64,000 nt of DNA, taken from a virus. The first letter of the stretch is position 1, and each line of letters begins with the position of its first letter. A program made the position numbers and the translations under genes. The DNA lies in IMG/VR virus record IMGVR_UViG_3300045988_175028. The stretch is one strand, 5' to 3'. The notes below the pieces were generated by a model that searched no databases, was not told the origin of the DNA, and worked only from the letters and a program-made list of their open reading frames with translations. Below are positions 30,313 through 39,791 of the stretch, one piece after another.

Positions 30313-32172
30313 TTATTCTCTTATTGTAGAAAAATCAATATTTTCAAAAATAAAGTCTCTTCTTGGTTTTACCTCGTCTCCCATTAGCTCAAGAAGCAAA
30401 TCAATAGCTTCTTTACTATAATGTAAAACCTCTAACTGTTGAAATTCAGGGGTAAACATTGAAGCATGAGCAGTTTCCGCAGGAAGCTCACCCAGTCCTT
30501 TCGCACGAGTAACAGTTCCTTTTATACTTTTTCGAGCCTTGGCAAATTCTTCATCAGAAAAATAATAGGTTTCTTTTCCTTTGTTTTCAACTATATACAG
30601 AGGAGACCGAAGCCAGCATAGCCGGCCCTCTTTGATGAACTCTGGAGCCAGGTATAGTAAAGCTGACATAATCAAGAGACCAATATGCATTCCATCAGAG
30701 TCGGCGTCGCTACAAATTGCGAGTTTGCCATATCTCAGCTTTTTACTATCGTATCGACCAGGGGTAATATTCATCGCGCTAAGAATCAGTTTAATTTCTT
30801 CATTTTGAAAAATCTTCTCTTCAGAATTAGATAGACAATTAATAATTTTCCCCTTTAGAGTAAGAATGCCATACTTGGTATAGTCTCTCGCCTGAGACAT
30901 TCCTCCCATAGCACTGTTACCTTCAACGAGTAAAAGCGTCGAATCCTGTCCCAAAAACTCCGCATCCTTCAACTTATCACTCGCAAAAACTTTTTTCCGT
31001 TGATTCTTTTCAACTTCTTTGCCCGCTTCAAGAACTTGACGGCGCGCTTTTTCGGCCATCATCTCTGCTTTTTTTTCCTTGACTAATAAATCAACAACTT
31101 TATCAAATTCATCTTTATGTTTTTTTACAAAATCTTTTATAGCATCAGTAAAAACTGTTTGGGTATATCCTCTCAGTTCTGGATTTTGGATACGAGATTT
31201 AGTCTGATTTTGATAAATAGGATGGGGATGGCGTATATTAACAATATAAACAAGTCCCTTTCTTATCATATCGGCAGTAAAATCTCCCTTAGATAAAGAA
31301 TTGATAGTTCTTGTAAAAGCAGTTTTTGCACCAGTACTCGGTGTTCCACCATCTATATTTAGCGCGCCATTAGAGAAAATATATTCTGTTTCCCTCCCGC
31401 TTGTCCATTGAGCAAATACTTCAACCTCGACTTCATCATCAAATTCTTTATACCCATAGATAAAAGATTTATGTAGAGGCTTTTCAATATTGTCTTTGGC
31501 AAAATCCTTTAACCCTTGTGAAGAGTAGAATGTATCGCTTTTACCTTTATAAGTAAAAATAAACAAAACTTTTGGAATAAAGTAAGATGTAAGTCGAAGT
31601 TCTTCTCGAATTCGTTCGGGTTCAAAGGTGTTTTCATCTTTTTCAATATTTAATACTTCCTTATTTGGAGTAAATCTAAAAGTTGAGCCAGTAGAACTAA
31701 CTTCTCTAATCTTTTCACTTTTATTAGAACATGGAATGCCGTCTTGAAACTTTAGATGATATTCACTACCCTCTCTTCGACTCCAAACTTCAAATTCACG
31801 GGAACACACGCATACTGCCGATGTCCCGATGCCATGACATCCTCGAACTTTTTTATAATTAGAAGTATCAAATTTACCAGAACTGTGAGCAGAACAAAAA
31901 AGTTCAATCAAAACTTCCTCACAATCCTTATTCGGCCCGCGGGGAACTCCAGCCCCATTGTCAATGCAGGTTAGTGTGTTGCAGTCATCAGACAAAATTA
32001 TTTCGATTCTATCTCCGCGTCCCATCATAGCTTCGTCACAAGCATTATTTAGTACTTCAAGAAAACAATTGAAGGAGGCATCCTGTGCAGTTGCTCCTAA
32101 ATACATTCCAGGAGTGGCTCGACAAGCTGTACGAAAATCTCTTATTTGAATTGAATTAGCATCATAACTCAT
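30313..32172 (-). CDS. type IIA topoisomerase subunit B (GyrB/ParE-like)
   Basis: GMYLG, LEVLNNACDEA, DNGAGVP, LLLVEGNSAMG and SDADSDGMHI motifs. Confidence 0.85.
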   Translation of the reverse strand: MSYDANSIQIRDFRTACRATPGMYLGATAQDASFNCFLEVLNNACDEAMMGRGDRIEIILSDDCNTLTCIDNGAGVPRGPNKDCEEVLIELFCSAHSSGKFDTSNYKKVRGCHGIGTSAVCVCSREFEVWSRREGSEYHLKFQDGIPCSNKSEKIREVSSTGSTFRFTPNKEVLNIEKDENTFEPERIREELRLTSYFIPKVLFIFTYKGKSDTFYSSQGLKDFAKDNIEKPLHKSFIYGYKEFDDEVEVEVFAQWTSGRETEYIFSNGALNIDGGTPSTGAKTAFTRTINSLSKGDFTADMIRKGLVYIVNIRHPHPIYQNQTKSRIQNPELRGYTQTVFTDAIKDFVKKHKDEFDKVVDLLVKEKKAEMMAEKARRQVLEAGKEVEKNQRKKVFASDKLKDAEFLGQDSTLLLVEGNSAMGGMSQARDYTKYGILTLKGKIINCLSNSEEKIFQNEEIKLILSAMNITPGRYDSKKLRYGKLAICSDADSDGMHIGLLIMSALLYLAPEFIKEGRLCWLRSPLYIVENKGKETYYFSDEEFAKARKSIKGTVTRAKGLGELPAETAHASMFTPEFQQLEVLHYSKEAIDLLLELMGDEVKPRRDFIFENIDFSTIRE

Positions 32173-32204
32173 TTTATTCTACTCCTTTCTACATTTATAA
32201 TAAT

Positions 32205-32233
32205 ATTATACTCTAAAACTCCAAAAATATCAA
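32205..32233 (-). promoter_or_regulatory. promoter TTGATA-17-TATAAT
   Basis: Minus strand TTGATATTTTTGGAGTTTTAGAGTATAAT upstream of the topoisomerase B gene. Confidence 0.6.
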
Positions 32234-32287
32234 ATTTCCTAAAACTAACTTCCAAAAATCTACTTATAAATACAAAGGAGGGATATT

Positions 32288-32431
32288 ATGACATCCAAAG
32301 AAGCAATTCAAAGTGTAAAAGACTATGTACTTGCGGGCAATAAAAACCTTCAAGTATTAGATACTTTACTAAATAATGTAGCGACCAGCGCCGTTGCAGA
32401 AGCTCTACCCACAACTGAAGATAAGAAATAA
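32288..32431 (+). CDS. hypothetical 47-aa protein (not in ORF track)
   Basis: AAAGGAGGGATATTATG. Followed by a hairpin plus T-run. Confidence 0.5.
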   Translation: MTSKEAIQSVKDYVLAGNKNLQVLDTLLNNVATSAVAEALPTTEDKK

Positions 32432-32442
32432 GAAGGAGAGGC

Positions 32443-32682
32443 TTAAAGCCCCTCCCTTTTTCTTTCATTTTTATACATTCCAATTATAGTTGCCATATCC
32501 TGGGCACAACTATCACAAAGACAAAACTGTTCTGAAACTATTCCTTTTTCACTAAGAAGACCTGCATCTCCACGTCCTCCACGAATAGCTACACCAGTAT
32601 CCCAAATTGGAAGAAACCAAGTATTATAAGAAGTTGGATTAGGAATATAAGTTTCACAAAAATCACAAAAAGTCTTAGTCAT
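32443..32682 (-). CDS. hypothetical Cys-rich protein
   Basis: CDFC...CDSC pairs. Part of the operon chain. Confidence 0.5.
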   Translation of the reverse strand: MTKTFCDFCETYIPNPTSYNTWFLPIWDTGVAIRGGRGDAGLLSEKGIVSEQFCLCDSCAQDMATIIGMYKNERKREGL

Positions 32683-32953
32683 CTTTTTCCTCCACCCAAG
32701 AGAGCCAGCGCATTATTAAATCTTTATTACTAAGAAGATAAAGTCCATAAGGGCAATCATGGTTTATTTCACAAAAACTTACTGAGCTCCCATCATAATC
32801 GTCTGTATCTGAACAATTATTACAAAAAGTATCTGTCATCCACTGGTCATAAATTGTACCTTCAAGCGCCATTTGGTCAGATAGAAATTCTGCCATTTCT
32901 TCCATTGAGAGATTTTTAAGCTTTTCAAAATTTGAAAGATTCATTACATCCAA
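32675..32953 (-). CDS. hypothetical protein
   Basis: Listed start is TTG. ATG at 32944 after AGGAGG is the more likely start. Confidence 0.5.
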   Translation of the reverse strand: MDVMNLSNFEKLKNLSMEEMAEFLSDQMALEGTIYDQWMTDTFCNNCSDTDDYDGSSVSFCEINHDCPYGLYLLSNKDLIMRWLSWVEEKDD

Positions 32954-33117
32954 TCCTCCTCATAAATATCATCGTCTTGAGAGTTAATATAAAAAGAAGC
33001 CATTGTATCGTCTTTTGAGAGAAGATAATCACTTACTCGTTGGAATTGACACCTAAGAGAAATTCCAAGGACGTCATCAAAATTTTCATAGTGATAAAAA
33101 GTAGGCAAATCGTACAT
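32944..33117 (-). CDS. hypothetical 57-aa acidic protein (not in ORF track)
   Basis: ATG after GGAAGGGGAA. Stop overlaps the next start. Confidence 0.4.
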   Translation of the reverse strand: MYDLPTFYHYENFDDVLGISLRCQFQRVSDYLLSKDDTMASFYINSQDDDIYEEDWM

Positions 33118-33185
33118 CTATTTAGTTCCCCTTCCATCTTTTTATTATATTATAAAAGAAAAATGAGAGAAAATCAAATTTCCTC

Positions 33186-33914
33186 TCACCCTCCAGCTTT
33201 CATATTTAATTGCTTTTGTGTCCCATACAAGTCGATATAAAATTTTTCTCTCTCACTCTGTTTATCTTTCGGAACTTCTTCTAAAATTTCAAAACTGTAA
33301 TTCCAAATTCCATTCCGCGCCATATGCGTATGAAGCGTTGAGCTGGCAACTTTTTCCATACCTAGCGCTGTCTGAATGTGAGCTTGCCATCTATCTTTAA
33401 AATTGACGGTTCGACCTATATAAGCCTCCCCAGTTGGAATATAAGTAATCTTATAAATTCCTCCAACTTTCTGCCCGACAACCCTCTTTATCATCTCATT
33501 TACAGGGCGCCGAGCAATACTCTCCCATATAACCTTAGGAAGAACTTCTTTATGACATAAATGATTTCTCATACTATCTAAAAGCTTTATATCTTCAATA
33601 TCATTTTGCGTAAGTTGGATTTTATAGAAATCTTCTTTTTCGATTAGTTCTCGTTCTCGTCGTATCGCTTCATTTATAGCATCGCGCCGACTACGAAAAT
33701 CTTCTAATTCTTTTTTAAGATAGGAAAGTTCATTATTATAACTTCTTTGTTTCGCTTGGAATTCTTGTTGGGCGTTTTCTTCTAAATTTTTGTATTTTTC
33801 TTCTAAAGCCTTTCGATATAATTTATCAGTATCAGATTTTAGTTTTTGAATTTTTCTTTGTTGTTTTAGTAAAAGAAAAATAATTCCTAAAATCAATAAA
33901 ACTAAAACTGCCAT
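33186..33914 (-). CDS. membrane-anchored coiled-coil protein with C-terminal GIY-YIG nuclease domain
   Basis: N-terminal TM segment LVLLILGIIFLLL. GGIYKITY...AYIGRT...RWQAH...E...N motifs. Confidence 0.65.
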   Translation of the reverse strand: MAVLVLLILGIIFLLLKQQRKIQKLKSDTDKLYRKALEEKYKNLEENAQQEFQAKQRSYNNELSYLKKELEDFRSRRDAINEAIRRERELIEKEDFYKIQLTQNDIEDIKLLDSMRNHLCHKEVLPKVIWESIARRPVNEMIKRVVGQKVGGIYKITYIPTGEAYIGRTVNFKDRWQAHIQTALGMEKVASSTLHTHMARNGIWNYSFEILEEVPKDKQSEREKFYIDLYGTQKQLNMKAGG

Positions 33915-33921
33915 TATATTC

Positions 33922-34965
33922 TTACTCCCAATTAGTAATTCTTGTACGCTTTTTTCTTTGTGGCGTCATCCATAAAACACCATCTCGTGCACGAGTAATC
34001 CCAACATAGGATACTCTACACTCTTCGGGACTCCAAAGATTCAACCCCACACAGGCTACATAATCCCATTCCAAGCCTTTTGCACTATGTACGGTCAAAA
34101 CTTTTACTGTATTTTCTTCCATTTTTTTATCTAATTCTTCTTTTTTGAGGTCTCCCTGTTTGAAGCTATCACAAGGAATTCCATTATCAACTAGATAATC
34201 TTTGATAGTATCAACCTGGGCATTGGTTCGTGCTAATACTGCCCATTTATGATATTTTTTACTAATATTTATCATATCTAGAATTAGCTGTTCATTATAA
34301 GGTTTCATTGCCACTGTTCCTCTGACCTGGCGCATAGCAATACTATCATCAGTCATGCTACATTTTTGAAGAGTAGACTTCGCAAAACGAAGAACATCAG
34401 GACAACAGCGATAATTTTCATTCATAGAATAAACTTTTGCCCCAAGCTTTTGCTGATATCTCTTCAAAAGGTCTGGACGACTACCTGCGAAGCCATATAT
34501 CGATTGCCGTAAATCAAAAACAATAAAATATTCTTTCGCGTGAAGCATTTCAAAAATAAATTTTAGTTGAATTTCATTACTATCTTGGGCTTCATCACAT
34601 AAGCAAATATCAATATTCGGCGTGCATTCTGGATGCTTTTGCATTAGATGAAAAAGTCCATCGAATTTTTCGTCGTTCATATACTTTATGGCTTCTTTTA
34701 CACCATTTCTGAGTAGAAGATGCGCGCAATAAGAGTGGATAGTTCCAATAAATAGGTTATCATTATTATCAATTTGAAGACGTTTTTTCATTTCTCCAGA
34801 AGCCATATTTGTAAATGTAAAAGCCACCACACTTTTTCCTTTTTGAATACTTTGACGGACTTTTTCAGTTAAAACTTTCGTTTTTCCTGAACCAGCACTA
34901 CTGCTTACAAAAATAATTGGTTCTGTCGCTTCTAATATAGTATTCTGTATATTACTTAACTCCAA
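33922..34965 (-). CDS. UvrD/PcrA-like SF1 helicase (compact)
   Basis: SSAGSGKTKV Walker A, LCDEAQD, VHSAKGLEWD and YVGITRAR motifs. Confidence 0.75.
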   Translation of the reverse strand: MELSNIQNTILEATEPIIFVSSSAGSGKTKVLTEKVRQSIQKGKSVVAFTFTNMASGEMKKRLQIDNNDNLFIGTIHSYCAHLLLRNGVKEAIKYMNDEKFDGLFHLMQKHPECTPNIDICLCDEAQDSNEIQLKFIFEMLHAKEYFIVFDLRQSIYGFAGSRPDLLKRYQQKLGAKVYSMNENYRCCPDVLRFAKSTLQKCSMTDDSIAMRQVRGTVAMKPYNEQLILDMINISKKYHKWAVLARTNAQVDTIKDYLVDNGIPCDSFKQGDLKKEELDKKMEENTVKVLTVHSAKGLEWDYVACVGLNLWSPEECRVSYVGITRARDGVLWMTPQRKKRTRITNWE

Positions 34966-35081
34966 TTCCTTTCACCTCTTTCTTATATTATTATATCATT
35001 TATTTTAATAAGTGTCAATTTTTTGGAGAATTTATAAGTGATTTTGACTTATAAGTAGAAAATTATAGGAGGTAAAGAAAA

Positions 35082-35369
35082 ATGGAGATGCTAACTTTAA
35101 TTGTTGCGCTATCTGCCGTACTATGGTATGTAATTGACCGTGCGCATCCTCTATGGGAGAATCTTTCTTATGGGAAGTGGATTACTCTTGTAGTCGCTGG
35201 GATTGGCTCTTTCGGTCTGGTATTTTCTTTCGGTCTAGACCTAATCTTTGCTTGCGGTTTAGTAGATAGTGTAAGTATGGCTGGTCAAATCCTAACTGGT
35301 TTTGTACTCATGTCTGGCTCTAGCGCCATTAGTGAAGTTATTGCTCGTATCAAGGGCGAAGGTAAGTAA
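35082..35369 (+). CDS. holin-like small membrane protein
   Basis: 95 aa with 2-3 hydrophobic segments and a charged C-terminus. Confidence 0.4.
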   Translation: MEMLTLIVALSAVLWYVIDRAHPLWENLSYGKWITLVVAGIGSFGLVFSFGLDLIFACGLVDSVSMAGQILTGFVLMSGSSAISEVIARIKGEGK

Positions 35370-35385
35370 AATAGAAAATGAAAGG

Positions 35386-35417
35386 GAGAGGACTTTTGTC
35401 CTCTCCTCTTTTTTTAT
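35386..35417. terminator. bidirectional intrinsic terminator
   Basis: GGAGAGGAC-TTTT-GTCCTCTCC followed by a T-run. Confidence 0.7.
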
Positions 35418-35884
35418 TGATGTAATTCCTCTTCTGTAGAAACAACCAACCAAGTTCGAATTATTTTCATAATTCCATCTATAAAAGAATTACCACCCTG
35501 AGCGTGATAATCTTGATAAACGGCGCAAACAAACTCTTTATCATATTGTAAAATTCTTTGATAGGGTAAATATTTATAGTAAATTCTTACAATATCTTTC
35601 CTAAGCATATCATTAGAAGACTTAATGAGCATTCCTAACTTTTCATCTTGCAGACGATTTTTCTCTTCAAATGTTGCTATAATAGGAGTCAAAATTTGTT
35701 CGGCAACTTTTTCGGTTGTTTTTTGGACAATCTCTTCCTGCCTTTTCTTTTCAGCTTCGATCTTCTTTTTCTTCATCTTTTGAAACCATTCAAAATTTCC
35801 GCATACTTTTTCTAAAACTTGCCAAAAAAGAAAAATTAGAATGAGGATGCCTCCTAGGCTATTCGCAACTTCTTGGATAGTCAA
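35414..35884 (-). CDS. hypothetical membrane-anchored protein
   Basis: N-terminal TM segment and a Lys/Glu-rich linker. Confidence 0.5.
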   Translation of the reverse strand: MTIQEVANSLGGILILIFLFWQVLEKVCGNFEWFQKMKKKKIEAEKKRQEEIVQKTTEKVAEQILTPIIATFEEKNRLQDEKLGMLIKSSNDMLRKDIVRIYYKYLPYQRILQYDKEFVCAVYQDYHAQGGNSFIDGIMKIIRTWLVVSTEEELHQ

Positions 35885-35938
35885 AAGAAATCCCTCCTCT
35901 CTACTTCAAATTATAAGTAGAAACGAGGGACTTCCTCT

Positions 35939-36379
35939 CTATTTTTTTAGATATTCTCGATAAGCATTATCATTATGATAGCGGGTCCGGGCCAAATAAG
36001 CATCATTTAGTAAGTCCTTTACCGAAGAAATTTTATCCATGTCCCACCAAGGGATACAATAAAGAGGAATTTTATGAGAAAGACAATAACTTATTTTTTC
36101 TCTATCTCTCTCTTGTGCTTTTAGGAAATCAGAGCGATTTTTGTAAAAGATTTTTGTAAATTCCGTATGCTGACGTCCTTGGACTTCTAAAAGAATATTC
36201 TCTTCGGGAAGGAAAAAATCAAATCTATAATATCCATGATGAAGGTCACCAAAAGTTTTTTCCTTTACAAATTTGACTTTTTCCCTATTGAGAATTTCAA
36301 TTACTTTTTTCTCGTAAGATGAAACTTTATACATTTCCAAAAATCTGATACCAGTCGCACTCACTCGCCATCTTATCAC
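35939..36379 (-). CDS. PD-(D/E)xK-like nuclease (DUF559/Vsr-like)
   Basis: RFDFFLPEENILLEVQGRQH motif. The real start may be the internal Met at 36334. Confidence 0.4.
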   Translation of the reverse strand: MIRWRVSATGIRFLEMYKVSSYEKKVIEILNREKVKFVKEKTFGDLHHGYYRFDFFLPEENILLEVQGRQHTEFTKIFYKNRSDFLKAQERDREKISYCLSHKIPLYCIPWWDMDKISSVKDLLNDAYLARTRYHNDNAYREYLKK

Positions 36380-37436
36380 TTCTTAGGCGAACAGGGCGCG
36401 GATGCCTTAGACCATAACTATCAGCCATAACTTCCATTGCTGTAATCTCAATGACTTTTCCAAGATAAGATTTCCAATTCAATAGAATTTCCTCTTCAAG
36501 TCCGCTAAGATTTCCAACCTGAACCAGCTTCCCATCTTTATAAGCTCCAATTTTTAGAGAGCCAGCGCCACCAAGAAAATACATTTTTGTAATTGGTTCA
36601 ATGGGATCTCCATCACTATAATTTTTATATAGAGAGTCCTCGACTTTCTCACCAGTAGATAAGTTCTCCCAGTACTTCCAGCTCATAAGCTCTTTTCCAT
36701 TGTAAAGACGAGTCGGCACGTTTGCTCCCATAATTACCACATCCAGGGTCTCTTGAAGTTCTTTCTTCACTTTGATTGTCATATGCGCGGGAGTTCGCTT
36801 GAAATAAATTGGGCAGTCCTTTCGAGTAATTACTACTCCTTCTCGTCCAGAAGCTAGATAGTCTTGAAGACGATTCCACAATTCTTTCCCATTATAATAT
36901 TTAGCCCATTCTACATAAGGAGAACTTAATTGAGTAGAGATTTTTTCCAAAAGAGAAAAGCGCTCTATAGCTTTTGTATCTACTAGATTTACTCCATTAT
37001 AGGCACAGATATCAAAAATATAGAAATGAAGCTTCTGGCCACTCTCTTGACGAGCAATGCACTTATCTTTGAGACATCCCAAAAGAGAGGTAATATTTTT
37101 TGAACCTTCATGTCCGGGAAGATAACATTCACTTAGGAGGACGGTCCCATTAGGTAATTGTGCCATAAAATCCTGAAGTTGGGGGACCCATTCAATTTTA
37201 TTTACGGCTTCACCCTTTACATTTTTTTTGCGGGCTACCATAAAACAATTTCCATCCTCATCCTTTATGAGACGCTGATAATAGCCATCAACTTTCAGAG
37301 CGCCATAATAATCTCCACTATAAATAGCATTTACCACTTCTGACTTTCGTTTTTCTTCAGAATAGGATGCGGGAATGCTCCAATAACGCATACTTTCTGA
37401 ATTGACCCAATCAATATCACCAATAAATCCCTTCAC
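36327..37436 (-). CDS. ATP-dependent DNA ligase
   Basis: ALKVDGYY (KxDG adenylation site), EGVVI and OB-domain C-terminus. Confidence 0.75.
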   Translation of the reverse strand: MKGFIGDIDWVNSESMRYWSIPASYSEEKRKSEVVNAIYSGDYYGALKVDGYYQRLIKDEDGNCFMVARKKNVKGEAVNKIEWVPQLQDFMAQLPNGTVLLSECYLPGHEGSKNITSLLGCLKDKCIARQESGQKLHFYIFDICAYNGVNLVDTKAIERFSLLEKISTQLSSPYVEWAKYYNGKELWNRLQDYLASGREGVVITRKDCPIYFKRTPAHMTIKVKKELQETLDVVIMGANVPTRLYNGKELMSWKYWENLSTGEKVEDSLYKNYSDGDPIEPITKMYFLGGAGSLKIGAYKDGKLVQVGNLSGLEEEILLNWKSYLGKVIEITAMEVMADSYGLRHPRPVRLRSDKMASECDWYQIFGNV

Positions 37437-37989
37437 AATTTTCTCCTTTCAAAAATAAATCCGTAAATTTATAAGCTATTTTTTCCAAATCTTCCAAAGT
37501 TCCATCATTATGGATATAAGTATTATAAGTATAGTTATGAACGTCAGAATCAGCATGGTTAGATTGAACCTGTTCATCAGTCTCAATCCTCTCTACTATC
37601 AGAGTCCGCGCGCCAATTCTATCAACAAATTTTTGAATTTCCTTTGGTTCTCGACACATTATAAAGTAAAGGCACTTTTCTTCATTATATCCTAGCTGCT
37701 TCCAGATTTCTTTACACCCTACATAAGAATTAATAATGTCTTTATAAGGAATATCATCCCATTGAGTCAAAATATCTTTTAGGTCTGATAGAAATTTTCT
37801 ATCTTTAGGAGTTTTTTGGCCATTCCAACCACAGAATTTAGCAACCTCTTTTACAAAATCAACTGTAGAAATAATTCTACAACTATAAGGGCCGACTCTT
37901 TTTTCCATTATTTTTTGAACCATTTCACAAAATGTATCTTTTCCTGACCTAGGTTAAGGAAAGCCGTTGACAACAACGACATTTCTCAT
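37417..37989 (-). CDS. P-loop (d)NMP-kinase-like protein with an in-frame TAA at codon 12
   Basis: GAGGTG RBS plus ATG 37989: MRNVVVVNGFP-TAA-PRSGKDTF..., continuous with listed ORF 37417..37923. Confidence 0.55.
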
Positions 37990-38156
37990 TCAATCACCTC
38001 TTTTATTATTATATGTAATTATATTTCTTACATATGGTCTATATAGGGCTCCCACCTATTTCTTACTCTATATCGTTTTTGTTTCTTTTTACATAAAAAG
38101 AAAATTTTCCTGCTTACAGGTTTATTTATATCATAAATCCAGACAAAAAACAAATT

Positions 38157-38618
38157 TTAGATTGATTTTCGGGCTTCTACGGCTAACTTATCGACCTCAT
38201 CATTCCAATCTTTTGAGCCCGTGTGCCCTTTTACTTTTTCAAAAGAAAACCGTTCATCCTCAAAAAAAGGAATAAGTTGTTGCCAAAGCTGGTTGTTTGC
38301 GACTGGCTCTTTTTTAGAATTTTTCCATCCATTCTTTTGCCAATTGCGAAACCATTTTTGGACATAGCAATTATGGCAATAAGCACTATCAGTTCGAATT
38401 GTAATTTGGTCAGAGGGGCAGACTTCTTCAGCCCATCTACAAGCTGCAAGAATAGCTAATAACTCACACATATTATTTGTTGCCTCTGGAATTGGCATTG
38501 ACCAACGATAAATTTCTTTACTGTCTTCTACCGCAATAAAAGCCGAACCACCAGGTCCAGGATTACCAGAACAAGCGCCGTCAGTATAAATATAAATCAT
38601 TTGTAATACTCCTCCCAA
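38157..38618 (-). CDS. rnhA: RNase HI
   Basis: IYTDGACSGNPGPGG, NNMCELLA and RTDSAY motifs. Confidence 0.85.
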   Translation of the reverse strand: MGGVLQMIYIYTDGACSGNPGPGGSAFIAVEDSKEIYRWSMPIPEATNNMCELLAILAACRWAEEVCPSDQITIRTDSAYCHNCYVQKWFRNWQKNGWKNSKKEPVANNQLWQQLIPFFEDERFSFEKVKGHTGSKDWNDEVDKLAVEARKSI

Positions 38619-38995
38619 ATTTCATCCGGAGTAGCTTCAATTTCCGTAAAGGTAAAATTTAGAAACTTCTCGATGTCGATTCCCTCGGAAAAACTCCTCG
38701 CGCGCTTAGTGTGCCGAATATCTTTAGGGGAAAATAAGTGCTTCCAGAATCCCATTCCCAAAATAATCTTTTCACTATTATTGATATTACTTACAAGGCG
38801 CGCGACCTCAAAAATGTACATATGAGTATGATTGCTGGGGTCAAAATTTTTGAGTTCGATTTTATTATCATGTCGTTTTGCATAGGACATTAGGTTTGTA
38901 GCTGTTCTGCTCACAGCTAAATCATACATTTGAAAATTTGCCATAATATTTCTCCTTTTACTTTTTATATTATAATTATATAATAAAATAGCCAA
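38597..38995 (-). CDS. hypothetical protein
   Basis: First gene of the leftward operon. Promoter TTGAAT-17-TATAAT at 38975-39003. Confidence 0.55.
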   Translation of the reverse strand: MAILLYNYNIKSKRRNIMANFQMYDLAVSRTATNLMSYAKRHDNKIELKNFDPSNHTHMYIFEVARLVSNINNSEKIILGMGFWKHLFSPKDIRHTKRARSFSEGIDIEKFLNFTFTEIEATPDEIWEEYYK

Positions 38996-39003
38996 AAATT
39001 CAA
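38975..39003 (-). promoter_or_regulatory. promoter TTGAAT-17-TATAAT
   Basis: Divergent control region 38996-39147. Confidence 0.5.
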
Positions 39004-39089
39004 ATTTATTATATGCTAATTTGACTTTTGAGAAAATTTGTGTTATTTACGGGCGAGCGCGCGTTTTATATAAAGGTATAGGGAAAAAT

Positions 39090-39118
39090 TTGATTTTTTA
39101 GATTTTTTGAGGTATAAT
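39090..39118 (+). promoter_or_regulatory. promoter TTGATT-17-TATAAT
   Basis: TTGATTTTTTAGATTTTTTGAGGTATAAT upstream of the 39148 gene. Confidence 0.5.
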
Positions 39119-39147
39119 TTTTATAGAAATGAAAGGAGTTGAAATAC

Positions 39148-39432
39148 ATGCGAGTTTCACCAGATGATATTATTAGATTCAATAATCTATATTTGGAGTT
39201 AAAGACTTATGCCGGAGTAGCGAGAGAAACAGGATTTTCTGCTTCGACTGTAAAGAAATATATTATAAAGGATTATGTGCCTGCTGAAAAGGTAGAGACG
39301 CAGAAGTTTAGTGGAGACCTCCCTGAGTTTGTGTCTGAAATTTTTCGCAAACAGGATTGGGCTTCTTTTTTGGACATGACTGAGGCAGAGTATGATGAAA
39401 TAAAAGAATTATGGAAGGAGATGTCTCTATGA
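39148..39432 (+). CDS. HTH DNA-binding protein
   Basis: ATG 39148 after GAAAGGAG. YAGVARETGFSASTVKKYI helix-turn-helix. Confidence 0.55.
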   Translation: MRVSPDDIIRFNNLYLELKTYAGVARETGFSASTVKKYIIKDYVPAEKVETQKFSGDLPEFVSEIFRKQDWASFLDMTEAEYDEIKELWKEMSL

Positions 39433-39791
39433 AGAAGTATTTTTATCTGGAAGAGAGTCCTTATATGGCGACCTATCAGGCAATTTATCTCAATCATGGG
39501 AGTTTTCCTTTTGAGGGAAAGATTTATGGGTCTTTTAATTTGATGCCGGCACGCCTTTTAGGCTTGACTTATGCTCAATATCTTCGTTTTTGCAGAGACG
39601 TCCTTGGGGCGACTTTGGTGGGGAAAAATAGTAAGTATCCAGTGGCTTATTTCCGTCTTACCCCTGAAGTCCAGCAGTTTGTAAAGCTTTTGAATAAACG
39701 TGCCGAAATGGCCGTTTTTGAGCATGACCATCCCTATGATTTAGAAGTGAAATTGGATGGAACAATCGTAAAGAAAGGAGAAAATGAATGA
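39429..39791 (+). CDS. hypothetical protein
   Basis: ATG 39429 after GGAG. Overlaps neighbours. Confidence 0.55.
   Translation: MKKYFYLEESPYMATYQAIYLNHGSFPFEGKIYGSFNLMPARLLGLTYAQYLRFCRDVLGATLVGKNSKYPVAYFRLTPEVQQFVKLLNKRAEMAVFEHDHPYDLEVKLDGTIVKKGENE

Noticed and set aside
10814-31974. Numerous antisense ORFs inside long minus-strand genes, e.g. 10814..11059, 11353..11610, 14468..14797, 21542..21781, 23980..24282, 28095..28388 and 31756..31974.
   Set aside because: These are shadow ORFs opposite well-supported genes, with no RBS and low-complexity translations.
32286-32483. Minus-strand 65-aa ORF.
   Set aside because: The same interval holds a + strand 47-aa ORF with a perfect AAAGGAGG RBS and a terminator. 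The minus ORF has no RBS.
38996-39147. Replication origin or lysogeny switch in the divergent intergenic region, which has the GC-rich core GGGCGAGCGCGCG.
   Set aside because: Only two divergent promoters could be supported. No iterons, DnaA boxes, repressor or integrase genes were seen.
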